From Felis catus (lineage: Eukaryota): a DNA stretch of 64,000 bases. Positions within the stretch are counted from its first letter, which is position 1. Each line of letters starts with the position of its first letter. Positions 40,616 through 53,860 of this stretch are shown piece after piece. The DNA lies in contig NC_058368.1 in assembly GCF_018350175.1 (NCBI RefSeq), positions 189,846,001 through 189,910,000 on the forward strand. Direction: 5' to 3'. The notes under the pieces were generated by a model that saw only the letters and a program-made list of their open reading frames with translations, had not been told where the DNA came from and made no database searches. A program made the translations under genes and the position numbers.

Positions 40616-40849
40616 TTTTAAGTTTTTTTTTTTTTTTTTTTTTTTTAATGTTTACTTATTTTTGAGAGAGAGACAGTGAGAGCTAGGGAGAGGCAGAGAG
40701 AGAGAGAGAGGGAGACATAAAATCCGAAGCAGGCTCCAGGCTCTGAGCTGTCAGCCCAGAGCCCGACAAGGGGCTCGAACCCACAAGCTGTGAGATCATG
40801 ACTTGAGGCGAAGTCGGACGCTTAACCGACTGAGCCACACAGGCGCCCC
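40616..40849 (-). mobile_element. CanSINE (LSM11 intron 1), adjacent to the previous copy
   Basis: Full body; outer TSD TAA(G/A)TCCCAGTCATTTT at 40364 and 40850. Confidence 0.92.
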
Positions 40850-43713
40850 TAAATCCCAGTCATTTTAAACTCTATTCTTCTCCTTACTTGTGGCCACACT
40901 AGGCTCAGACAATGGATTCTCAATAAGTATGACCTGTCCTTTCCTTTCTCTTCCCACAACCAATACAGCCCAGAGTCTTATGGGATGGTTGGTTCACTAC
41001 AACAGCCTCCGAGGTCCCCTCACTCCCATCCTCCCTAGCCATCATCATCACCAATTACTGAGCACTCCCTATGAGCCAGGCCCTGGGGTAAGGTTAACTT
41101 TATGTATGTTATTTAATCCTCACAACTTTAACACGCAGGCACTCTTATTTTGCCCTACTTTCTAGATGAGGAAAACGAGGCTCAGAAATGTTCATTTGAA
41201 TTAGTTTTCCAAGGTTACTTACGTAGTAAACAGCTGAGTCAACACCCAATTCGGGTAGGTTATACATACATCCTGCCCTGGAGCTTTTAATTATGGCAGC
41301 CTAAAACAATAATAACCACCACAACAACCTACAACAATCACAGGGACATTGAACAATCACTGAGAATTTCCCCATGTACTACTGTGGTAAACGCTTTGAA
41401 TGGATTAGCTAACTGAGGCCCCAAAGAGTTTAAGTGACTTGCCTCCGTAAAACAGCGAGAAAGTGGAGGAGCTAGTGTTCATGTTCAAAACTAAAAAAGC
41501 CAGCAGTCGAACCCCTGCATCTGTGGTCTATACACCGTCCCCCACCAAATACATTTTACTACTAGAAATTAAACTATGAGAAACATTGCCCTAAAAGTGT
41601 TTACTTAAGAATATACACCATGGTCCCCACTATCTATCATAACAAAGTCAGAGAGAAACCCTTTGGTCTTCAAAATGTTTTAATACATCCTTCTCTGGAC
41701 CCAGATTCCGTTCTCATTGTTCTAGACACACACCGTCTGCCTCACTTATGTGGTACTCTCCACCCACCAAAAGAAGTAAGCAGAGAAACATGAGAATGTA
41801 CTCCCCTGTTCCCTCACTTGAGATTAGCATGATGGCCCTGGCACATAGGCCCTGGAGTTGGACAAACCGATTGCAAGCTAACTAGCTATGTAATCTTGGG
41901 CAAGCAGTGATGCTCAACAAGCCTCATTTAAAAAGTAGTATCTAAGGGTAAAGTAAGATACGAAGCATCTACAGGGCTTCGCAAACTGCACAGCAATCGC
42001 CCACTAAATAACTGTAGCCATAATTAGCAACAGTAAAATTATCTCCTGACTTAAAAAGGGACTGTTTGGGATGATGGATTTGTTCTGTATCCTTATTGTG
42101 ATGGTGATTTCATGACTACACATTTGTCAAAACTCACTTTAAAATGGTGAATTTTGCCGCGTACAAATTATACTTCAATAGCCGAACTTTTAAATAATTA
42201 CTGTCATCCCTAACCATGCCCTTCTTTAAATTCACTTCAAGACCTGAAGACAACCTTTTATAGGAACTCTGTCTGAATAAACTTAATCTTACCCACGCTT
42301 CTGTACTTTTCTTGCTTTCTGAAGCTCATCAGTTCTTTGTCACATCTACCCATCTCTTTCATGTACACCCAACTGTTTCCAGTGGAGTGATAAAAATTTT
42401 CAGTGCCTACGGCACACTCTGAGATCTTGATTGCAGGCACATATTTAATTGTGGAAAGCCAACAAAGCTGGTTTTCATGCTCTGTCATACTAATATAACA
42501 GAGTACTCCGTAGGTAAAGCCAAAACCACTCGCCATACTGAAGTATGTCTTTTCTTTGACAATATCAGTAGCAAAGCCACAACTGGCAAAACAGAAATAA
42601 ATGTTACAATCTGAGAGTTGGAGAGCATTTCAAAGATCTGATAGTGGCAAAACAAGGTCCCCAGCTACTCTTATTTTAGCTACATGCACACTCTGTCTTT
42701 GTGTTATCGTTGGGGAAGCAGGCTGGGGTGCACCCTGGCTTGGCCAAGAATGCTCTAGCACTGTCACAGTAAGTGATCTGACCAAGACCCAGCTAACAGC
42801 ACACAGCTTTTCAGGATGTTTCTCTCTTTACAAACACATTTCTAGGAATGAAACAACTCGCTTAACACAACCTTCCACTCCAAAGCCAGTGATTTAAAAA
42901 TGTTACAATTTAGCTATCAGGATACAGATGCTTTGAATGGCTAACTAGGTCATTGTCTTCCCTGGCAGATGTGAGAACTGCTTGCCAGATGACAGAAGAC
43001 ATAACCCTGGTTTGTTTTCATTCCACTGGTGGAAGACCTAACTCACACATTAGCAGCCTTGCTGTTTACAGATCTCCAAGGATCTATTAGGCTCCAAGAG
43101 ATTCCCTTGTGCCATTCACACCTTCAGAACTTAAAATAACTTGCGCATATGGTAACAGGAGCCTGACAGACCCAGTCCTGCACCCATCCTGGCAGGGTGG
43201 CGGTGAAACAGTGTCTGTATTTTAGTGGCACTGGTGCCTGCTGCATTCCAGCACTTGTGACTTGGGAACGCGAACATACGTGTTTCAAGACCGCACAGCC
43301 CTTCTCCTACGACCCCAGGAGGAGTGTCACTTAGTGTGCAGGGGTTATGAAATTATGTCCCCTGTTCTAACTGCAGGGACAGATCTCCTCACACTCCATC
43401 CCGTCATCGCCAGTCCCACTAACCACTCTCCTTTCCTTAAAATTGGCTGTGCCCCTCCCCTCTGGCTGTGGCGTGCAGCTCCTCCCGGTGATGTCCGCTT
43501 TCCAGGCCCCACCACCTTTCCAGACGCCCATCACCCTCGTGGTCGTAGCCCCTCGTTGCGGGCTCCGCATCACCTCTGCAGCCACTTGCATGGACCCCGT
43601 TAGAGCCCCTCCTTGTTACCTCTACAGCCTTCCCACTCTGCCCCCACCGCTCTCCCTCACCCGTCGGTACTCCAGAAGACCTTCCTTCCCCACGCCCCCC
43701 CTTCCCCATATTA

Positions 43714-44547
<834 letters not shown>

Positions 44548-45114
44548 TTATATCATTATCACTTAGGATGTTTGTCAATACTCCAGATTCCCCGGGGGTG
44601 GATCCTGGAACCAGCATTTTAACAAGCTTCGCTAGGCGTTTGTCTGCTCTCTGGAACTGTAGTATACTCGTAGCTTGAGCTGGTGGGAAGAGGCTGGAAG
44701 AGGGCAATCAGAGTCCCGTTTTGCATGCTAAATTTTACTGGGGGCTAGCCTACCTGGACTCAAATTATTTAGCTTCTTTGGGTCTTTACATTCTCACCTG
44801 AAATGTAATAGAAATAGTACCTAACCCACAGAATTGTCCTAAGAATGAAGAGATACTGCATAGAGAGCGTATAAATGCTTTATCCTAGCTGGTACTGGTT
44901 AAGTGGACAACGAAGCTGTGAAGGATGGATGGATCCCGGTCCTGCATTTCCTAAACCCTATGCAAAAAGTAATTTACATTAACACCTGAGAGACCTTAGT
45001 ATTAAAGAAAATTCATTACATCATAGATTTTCTAAGCATCCCTTAGGCAAGTGGAGGAAACCAGGATCCAGCTCTTGGAGGAAAGGAAGATGGAAGATTT
45101 CCAAGACCCAGTTG

Positions 45115-45306
45115 TACTTATTTTATTACTTTTAATTTACATCCAAGTTGGTTAACATATAGTGTAATAATGATTTCAGGAATAGAATTTAGTGAGTCAT
45201 GACTTAAGTATAACACCCAGTGCTCATCCCAACAAGTGTCCTCCTTCATGACCCTTGGCCATTTAGCCCATCCCCCACCCAAAACCCCTCCAGCAACCTT
45301 CAGTTT
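45115..45306 (-). mobile_element. Carnivore L1 3' terminal fragment
   Basis: AATTTACATCCAAGTT...CATATAGTG...GATTTCAGGA...CCCCTCCAGCAACC, homologous to the copy at 55.55 kb. Confidence 0.8.
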
Positions 45307-45359
45307 TTATAGCTTCTGTTCAAAAACATTTTTGCTTTTTGCTATTAAATGATAGTCTA

Positions 45360-45530
45360 GGGGCGCCTGGGTGGCTCAGTGGGTTAAGTGTCAAATCTTG
45401 ATTTCCACTCAGGTCATGATCTCACAGTGAGACCAAGTCCTGCTGTTAGCACAGAGCCTGCTTGGGATTTTCTCTCTATACCTCCCCCACTCATGCTTGC
45501 TCTTTCAAAATATTTAAAAAATAAAATAAA
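45360..45530 (+). mobile_element. CanSINE (internally deleted)
   Basis: TSD AA(A/G)TGATAGTCTA. Confidence 0.85.
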
Positions 45531-46392
45531 GTGATAGTCTACACAGAAGGCCAGGTATTACCCTCTCATCCAGCACAGCCAAGGTGTTTCCAGTTACCTA
45601 CAAGCCACGCAAATCACTTTCCTAATTGCCACTTCCCTACCAAACTATCAACTAGTGTTAATTCTATACTAGTTCTTTTTGTGTATGTCTTAACGTTTCT
45701 TTAAGCTATGCAAAGCCCAAGAGAATGCATTCTTTACCTTAGAGAACACAATGAAAATTAACATACAACTGTGAAATATATGCTGGAACAAATACGTGTG
45801 GCAACAAAGAAACACCATCGCTACAGGTTAAGTTATGGCAAGAGTATGAAACATACATACCTTTGCTCAAAACTTGAGAACAAAAAACAAAGCTGTAAAC
45901 TGCTAATTCAACAAATGCTTGTCCCTCTATCTTATGACAAAATTGAGCCTTTGTATCACATAGCACCCACAGAAAGCACATTTCTTTGGGTGGTTTTGTC
46001 CTGAAAGTTTGTACTTTAATGTCCACTTATCACGTACCATTGTTACATTCGCCAGTCCAGGGCTACATTACCTTATTGCCTGACTTGACCTATCACAGGA
46101 TACCGAGGGCCTTACAGCCCAAAGTGCCACAGATCACCCACCATAGGCATCAGAGGCCTTTGGGGTTAAAAATCAGATGAGCAAACCTCAAATCTTCATC
46201 GGGGCGTGCTGGAAGAGGAATGTAAAACAAGCATTCCAAGTAAATTTTTGTATGTAGAAGTCTGTGAACCACCGCGGTGATGAAGGTATGTTTATCCTGG
46301 CTTACGTAAAGGCATATATACGAAAGTTGGATTCATACACTGTATTTGTATGAGAAAAATAAGTGGAAACGTAGGCCAAGGGAGTTGAAACC

Positions 46393-46398
46393 TTTATT
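46393..46398 (-). terminator. Candidate THG1L polyadenylation signal
   Basis: AATAAA on the minus strand about 1.3 kb after the stop, followed by T-rich sequence. Confidence 0.45.
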
Positions 46399-47692
46399 TT
46401 CTCAGAGATTTTTATCAATTACCAAACATGCACCATATTTCTTCCTGTGCAGTGAGTACATGAAGGGAAAAAAATGATTCCAACAGATGGAGTATCAATT
46501 AGCGGAGGATGAGACCAGCCGTTGCCTTCAAAAATACATTTTCTTCGTGGCTGTGAAGTCTGCGATGCAAGACCAGGCACTAAAATGTAGACTGCCTCTT
46601 AATTCCTACTAGAGCCAAATAATTTTCCTCTGAATATGAAACCAGGACAGCAGGCAATGGGAGTTCTCTCACCACCTCCCCCCACTTGAGGGGGACCCCT
46701 CGCTAGTGGTGGTTCTCGAAATTACTGCTGCTGTCCTCCGCTCTTCCTCCCCTGTCTGCAGCTGGAACTGACCCATCTGCAGCTGGAACTATTAGGTGTC
46801 CTCTGACACCTGCCACTTGTGACCCCAAGGGAAGTGCTAATTCAAATGCCAGTGTTCTGATTACATAGAGGCTACCTGAGAATCCTTTTCAGGAATCCAA
46901 TAGGAAGGGGACTTTTAAAACTGAAGTATCGAGAGAAAATGGAGTAAATGCTTCTCCCTTCTTGTTCATTCACTCTCACACATTTTCTTTCTTTCATATA
47001 TACACATAATTCCTTTTCTTTTTAGAAAGAGGTTAAGTGGCCTTGGAAATACCCCTGGCAAGACGACGATCATGCTGACAACTCCACAAAATCAATCTAT
47101 GGAATATTCATATAAAGACATCCAAACTACTACTCATTTGTTCAGCCAAAGGTGCCAACTTGGTAACTGGCACAAAGCGCTCATTCTCCCTGGAATTCCT
47201 GAATTCAGAGGCATCTGCAGCCATCAACCCATTACTTATCTCCAGGTCAAAGTACACGGGTAAGAAAGGTGGCTTTAAAGGTCAGTGGATTCTGTAGCTA
47301 AGAACAGGTGGCTGCGAGTAAAGTTTGGGTTCATCATCTACCATAGGTGGAAAGAGCTGGACACGTTTTTATAAGATTTATGCCACAATGTAAAAATGAT
47401 TCATTCTGCAAAGCATAAAGTAGTTCTTGCTTTATAAAAATAGGACCACAATTTTTTTTTTTAAATGCACTTCTACAGAAGGAACCATGTTCCAATACTG
47501 CAAAAAAAATGTTCTACTTAAAGCAGAACAAGATAACCACCCCCATACATCCCTTCTTTTCCTGGTCCCTTTCCAGTCAGTCATGTTATTCCTGGCACAC
47601 TGTTCTTGGTAGTAAGGATCCTAGGGCCACCTGCTGCCAGGAAACTTAGGGGTCTTGCATGGTTAAGCATGCCCGGACTGAAAAGCAAAGGA

Positions 47693-47854
47693 TCAGCTGT
47701 CTTCATCTAGGATCTCTGGATGTTCCTTCCAGAAAGCATCCCCAATAATATCGCAGTATAAAGGCACTGGCTTAATCCTGGTCCGAGTCACCGCCATCTT
47801 TTTTCCTTCTATTTCTGCTGGCAGCTTGACTTCTTTTGTTGTGACTTCACCCAC
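47693..47854 (-). CDS. THG1L: THG1L exon 6 (stop)
   Basis: ctgtag|[56 protein letters not shown]. Spliced total is 897 nt = 298 aa plus stop. Confidence 0.95.
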   Translation of the reverse strand: MGEVTTKEVKLPAEIEGKKMAVTRTRIKPVPLYCDIIGDAFWKEHPEILDEDS

Positions 47855-48090
47855 CTACAGATAAAAGTTAACATGTTAACACTGTTAATTGGGTTTGGGA
47901 GAGTAGAAGGGGATATGCAGGAAGTTGACTTATTTTATATACTTCCGACAAACATTTTTCAGGTAGATATACAAATACATATCTCAACATACATGAATTT
48001 GTTTAAAAACTTTTAAAAAGTTGCTATATTCTGAAAGAAGGTCTTAGGAACAAAGGAGTAATTCCATGTTCCTTATTAACAATAAATATA

Positions 48091-48338
48091 GGGGCGCCTG
48101 GGTGGCGCAGTCGGTTAAGCGTCCGACTTCAGCCAGGTCACGATCTCGCGGTCTGTGAGTTCGAGCCCCGCGTCAGGCTCTGGGCTGATGGCTCGGAGCC
48201 TGGAGCCTGTTACCGATTCTGTGTCTCCCTCTCTCTCTGACCCTCCCCCGTTCATGCTCTGTCTCTCTCTGTCCCAAAAAAATAAAATTAAAACAAAAAA
48301 AACCAAAAAAACCCAAAAAAAAAACAAAAAAAAAAACC
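48091..48338 (+). mobile_element. Young CanSINE (THG1L intron 5)
   Basis: TSD CAATAAATATA at 48080 and 48339; long compound A/C tail. Confidence 0.93.
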
Positions 48339-49117
48339 CAATAAATATAGAATTAAAGGTTTTTTTTGTTTGTTTGTTTTTTTGCTTCTCTCATCTGCAT
48401 GAAGAAGTATCCAAGTCTGTGCTAAAGAGCAAATGTGGTTTTAAAATACTAATAAGCTGAAGCTGCCAGTGGGGAGGACTAATTCTTAAGGTACCCCTTA
48501 ACACCCGAAAACATTCATTAAAAAAAAAACAACTAAATGAAGGAAATAAATTTAGAGAAATCATTATGCTCAGAAGCTGGCACAGAGAGAAAATATTGGT
48601 AAAATTAAGAATTTAGGTAAAGGTACAGAATATTAAAGTATGAATATCTAGGGAATCTCAAGAACATTCTCCAAGTGGTAGAACGCTCATATACAATGTT
48701 TCCCTATGCCTCATATTATAGTTGTCATGGGACGGGTGGACCACTTAATGATATTATCCAGTGTGGAAGAAAGTATTTTTTAAATGTTATATGAATGCAA
48801 AAATCCTTCTGTCTGCAGTGTACTCTGTTATGGGGTTTCATTTGATTTGGAGAGCTTATGACACAGGAAAATAAATGAACTAATTCTAAAATCTGTGATT
48901 CTGCTTATAAAGAGAAATTCCAGACAACAAAGATCACTAACAAACTGACAAAATTAGTAGCACTGACTGACAAAAAAAGCATCCAAAATAATATAGAGTA
49001 TCTCATTTAAAAAAGATCTAATTCATGTTAATCAATGGAGTCACATCTTTATACATGTGGTAAGGGACACACAGTTTGGGATGGGCACAGGCTCTCTTCT
49101 TTCTGACCTCCATTTTA

Positions 49118-49318
<201 letters not shown>

Positions 49319-50376
49319 CTATCTAAATTTCCACAAACAAAAAAGTGGAAGGGTTTTACCAAATATCTTATAGATACTAATGAATTTCAATTGTAAGAGC
49401 AGTTTAAATCTTATTTAGATGTCTAAATTCATAAAACTGTCTTCTGTAGCAAACAATTGGCTTCAAAAGTCACAACTGGGATGGGGTGACAGGAAAGAGT
49501 ACTATTCTGTACTATGTAATGTATGTTATCTTATTTGACCCTCATTGCCATCTCCATTTTAGAGAGAACTCTGAAGCTTAGAAAGATTATATAAATTGCC
49601 TAAGGCCAAAAGCTGCTTTTATTCTTATAAGAATCAAAATCTAAACTCAGCTCTTCCAAACTCGGGATAGATCTACCAATATGCCAATTATTATTGCTAT
49701 CTCTAAATCTTCACCATTACTGTTAATGACAAACATGTATTGTGTAATTATAATGTGCCAGGCATTATATTAAGAGCCATAACAACACATCACCTCATTT
49801 CAGTTAGTCATCCCATAAGTAGCACTGGTCATCTAATGATGAACGCCAGTGTTTATTATGGTTTATGTGCTTCATGCCATTTAATTCTCACAATAAACCT
49901 ATGCAGTGGGAACTGTTACTTCTTACATCTTACCTATAAAGAACTAAGGCAGAGAGGATAAAATTAAATAGAAGTCCCCGAGTACAATTATTTGACTTCC
50001 AAAGCCTATACTCTTAACAATACACGCACCCAGAAGGGAATGACAATGATAAAGATGCCAAGTGGGACTGATGAAAAAGAGCATGTGCCCTGTCTAAAGA
50101 AGGCAACCAATATGCAGCCCCAGCCACGCACTACCACGTGGGAATGTAGAGCCAGTGTCACCAATTCCATTTTCTAGTTGAGGACACTAAGACTCAGGGA
50201 GAAGCAGTAACTCATCTGGGGTCACAGAATAAGCAGGTAGCAGAGCTGCTACTAGTAAGATCTTTATATCCTTTCAAACCAAAGCAGTAGAGAGCTTTAA
50301 AAGAATACAAAATGGCATGGGAGAGTGTACAGAAAACCAACCCCAGGTGAGTATTAATGCAGTTAAGACCTCATAC

Positions 50377-50465
50377 CTGTAATCTCTCTTGGGCTTGTAC
50401 TGGTGTTAGTCCAGACTGTTGTACAAGTGCCCAGAAAACTGTATTATAAAGATTATTGACGTGAC
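50377..50465 (-). CDS. THG1L: THG1L exon 4
   Basis: ctcacag|GT CAC; (C)[32 protein letters not shown]|gtatga; 89 nt. Confidence 0.95.
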
Positions 50466-50554
50466 CTGTGAGGAGAAAAGAGTAGCACTGTTTATACAGA
50501 TATGATCTTTATGCAATACTCATGTTTCGAAGAACATTAGAACTCCACCTCTCT

Positions 50555-50784
50555 GGGGCGCCTGCGTGATTCAGTCAGTTAAGCGTCTGACTTCGGCTCA
50601 GGTCATGATCTCACAGCTTGTGAATTCGAGCCCCACATTGGGCTCTGTGTTGACAGCTCGGAGACTGGAGCCTGCTTCAGATTCTGTGTCTCCCTTTCTC
50701 TCTCTGCCCCTCCCCAACTCTCTCTCTCTCTCTCTGTCTCAAAAAATAAACATTAAAAAAAAAATTAAAAAAAAAAAAAAAAAA
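50555..50784 (+). mobile_element. CanSINE (THG1L intron 3)
   Basis: TSD AGAACTCCACCT(C/T)TCT at 50539 and 50785. Confidence 0.93.
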
Positions 50785-51479
50785 AGAACTCCACCTTTCT
50801 CCTCGAAAGGAGAGAGATCTCGGAGACATTTAGTGATTTACCCAGAACCATACACTGGGAAGATGGGGGGAAGTGGTCAAGTATAAACAAACTTATTACC
50901 TAGAAGTTTTATTCTCTCATTTCACTTATGCTGTGTATAAACTGGTTAACTTACACATTAAACTTAGGAATACTTTCAAAGTTATTTTAGATTAATCCTA
51001 GCTCTTTTCCAGTTTTTCTGGGAAAATCAAGATACACCAAATAAGCCTCACAAACATGTCATCATAGTTGTGTAAGGCAGGAGTCACAATTCAAACACCC
51101 ACTGAGGCCACCATGAACATAAATGCATAAAGCAGAGTAGGTGACCCATGGAGAACAAGAGAGAATGGTACAGTTTATGGCACATTGGCTTCTGCGTGTG
51201 TGTGTATATATATATAAAGGCAGCAGTCACTACATAGGTAATATCTAATACTAAGTGGGAATGTAGACCTAGTATTACCAGGTCTCCTGATTTTTCCCAA
51301 AAAAACTGGAAATCGGGAACATTTACATGAATCTTCCAATTTTTCAATTGTTTTCAACTAATTAAAAAAAGTACAAAATACTGCATTTAAACAAAATACA
51401 CATGTGCCAAACCTGTATCAAATCACCACCTCTAATATATGGAACTGGTGGTTTAACTACATCTGTTTATTTGGTTTCA

Positions 51480-51707
<228 letters not shown>

Positions 51708-52269
51708 TTAATTCAAAACCATGATAGAGCCTGTGTGTGCAACAGAGTGATTATACAAAGTGTCCAGCAAGCCAAGAGATAAAATGTGCTGGGCCAAGAA
51801 AAACTAAGCAGCCCGCCTCTCTTTCCAGTCCAATAAGTAACTTACTAATACTGAATTTTTGTATGTGGGATGTTATGTGAATTTATGGTTAAGGAGGGTT
51901 TTTGTGTGTGTGTGTGTGTGTTTTTTTTAGCCTTGGAAGGAAGAGAACCATTGTTTTAAAAAAGGCAATTCATTATATGCTTTCTTTTCTGTGACAGTTT
52001 CGATATATTGCCAAATGAAATATCAAATTTGTCTATTTTGAGATCCTTCTTAATTAAAAATTTAAGCAATATTGTAAAGCACATATAGGCTGTTCTTGGC
52101 TAAAGCCAACCTAGGAATTATTAATATTATTATATTCTAACGGTGTCTGTTTCTAGTCTTAATGTTCAGTGCCAGCCAGATCTATGTAGAAGCTAAGGTG
52201 ATGAGGAATGAAGCAGAAAGAATCAGATAAAGAGGCTTATGTAATGCTCACATAAAAGATAAAAGTACA

Positions 52270-52490
52270 GGGGCGCCTGGGTGGCTCAGTCGGTTAAGCG
52301 TCCGACTTCAGCCAGGTCACGATCTCGCGGTCCGTGAGTTCGAGCCCCGTGTCAGGCTCTGGGCTGATGGCTCGGAGCCTGGAGCCTGTTTCCGATTCTG
52401 TGTCTCCCTCTCTCTCTGCCCCTCCCCCGTTCATGCTCTGTCTCTCTCTGTCTCAAAAATAAATAAACGTGAAAAAAAAATTAAAAAAAA
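52270..52490 (+). mobile_element. Young CanSINE (THG1L intron 2)
   Basis: Perfect 16-bp TSD AAAAGATAAAAGTACA at 52254 and 52491. Confidence 0.94.
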
Positions 52491-52634
52491 AAAAGATAAA
52501 AGTACAACAGTCTAAACAGGAAATATACATTCTGCAGTTGGAATATTCCATCTGCAGTCTGTAAGGCACCAATTAAAAAAGGCAAAAACCAAATGCTGAC
52601 AGGAAATATTCTCAAGAGCTAGGACATGGAATTA

Positions 52635-52814
<180 letters not shown>

Positions 52815-53299
52815 TTATAGAGGGAAAAGGGCATGAATGGAAGAGAGCTTACAACCTGACTTATTTAAGAAGTCTACTTTATTCTCGCCCTGACCAACTG
52901 AGAAAAAGGGGCATAATTGCTAAGTCTCCATTCCCTGTTCTGCGAAACAGAGATAAAGTATACTTACTTCACAGGACTGTTGTGAAGATTAGAGGGAGGT
53001 AACAAATATAACTATGCCTGGCTCCTTGGAAATGCTCAACAAGTGATAAGAACCATTATTAAAATAATACTTTTAAGAATTAAATTCCCATCTTTCTGTT
53101 ACATTTCTTTTTTATTTTTCCTCCCGCGTATGGCTAGTTACTGATAATCAAAGAACATACTATAAAGTATTGCCCACAGCAAGACCTAAAAAGGTCTGTA
53201 AGCAGTCTGCCTTCAAATATAACTAAATAGCCGGGCAACTGGCTGAAGAGCTGAAATGCTGCACTGGGGACTGACTTTTTCCACCAGGGCCTTGCTAAC

Positions 53300-53860
53300 A
53301 GGTCTTAGCTCAAGGGCGCCGCAGGCCAGCTGCTCATCACAAGAGCACTCGGCCTCAGTTTAACTACTCAGACCGCGCCTTCAAGCACCTGGTAGCTAGT
53401 GCGTAGGGTGAGGCTCAATGCCACGCGCTCATTGGCTGTCGCGTTACCCGGTAACCAAGAGCTGCCGCCACAATTGGCGTTCCATTCCCCGGAAGCCCTG
53501 GGGCACCTTGCTGCCTCAAACCAAACTCGCTCACCGATGGAAATTCCTGCCGTCCAGCCGCACCACCACCCAACAGTGGGCCAGGCAGGTGTCGTCAGCC
53601 TCGAAGTTCCGCACGTACTCGAACTTGCTCTTTGCCATGGCCGCCCCCAATTTCAAGCACCGTCTCAGAGTAACGGAAGTGACGGCCCAGCAGTCGCGAA
53701 CTTTCACATTGCATGCGGACCACATTCGCCCCGCGGAAGGAAGGACCAAGAAAGCCTCGCCCCGGAAGTTCCTGTGTCTCTTAGTGGCCGCTCTAGCTGT
53801 AGTGGAGGTCCTCATCTCTCTCGCCTCTCCTTATAGTTCTTAATCCACTTCCGGGCGTGT
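53300..53860. promoter_or_regulatory. CpG-rich THG1L promoter/exon 1 region with ETS (CCGGAAGT), ETS-CRE, CCAAT and RFX X-box motifs
   Basis: CCGGAAGT 53762-53769; ACTTCCGG 53847-53854; CGGAAGTGACG 53674-53684; GTTACCCGGTAAC 53443-53455; ATTGG at 53431 and 53473. Confidence 0.75.
53535..53725 (-). CDS. THG1L: THG1L exon 1 (tRNA-His guanylyltransferase; Met1 extension, Met30 at 53638)
   Basis: [64 protein letters not shown]; donor CG|gtgagc. Confidence 0.95.

Noticed and set aside
48290..48385. A-rich SINE tail facing a T-rich tract (possible hairpin)
   Set aside because: Low-complexity complementarity only
53399..53843. Two + strand ORFs antisense to THG1L exon 1
   Set aside because: GC-rich shadow ORFs with no recognisable homology
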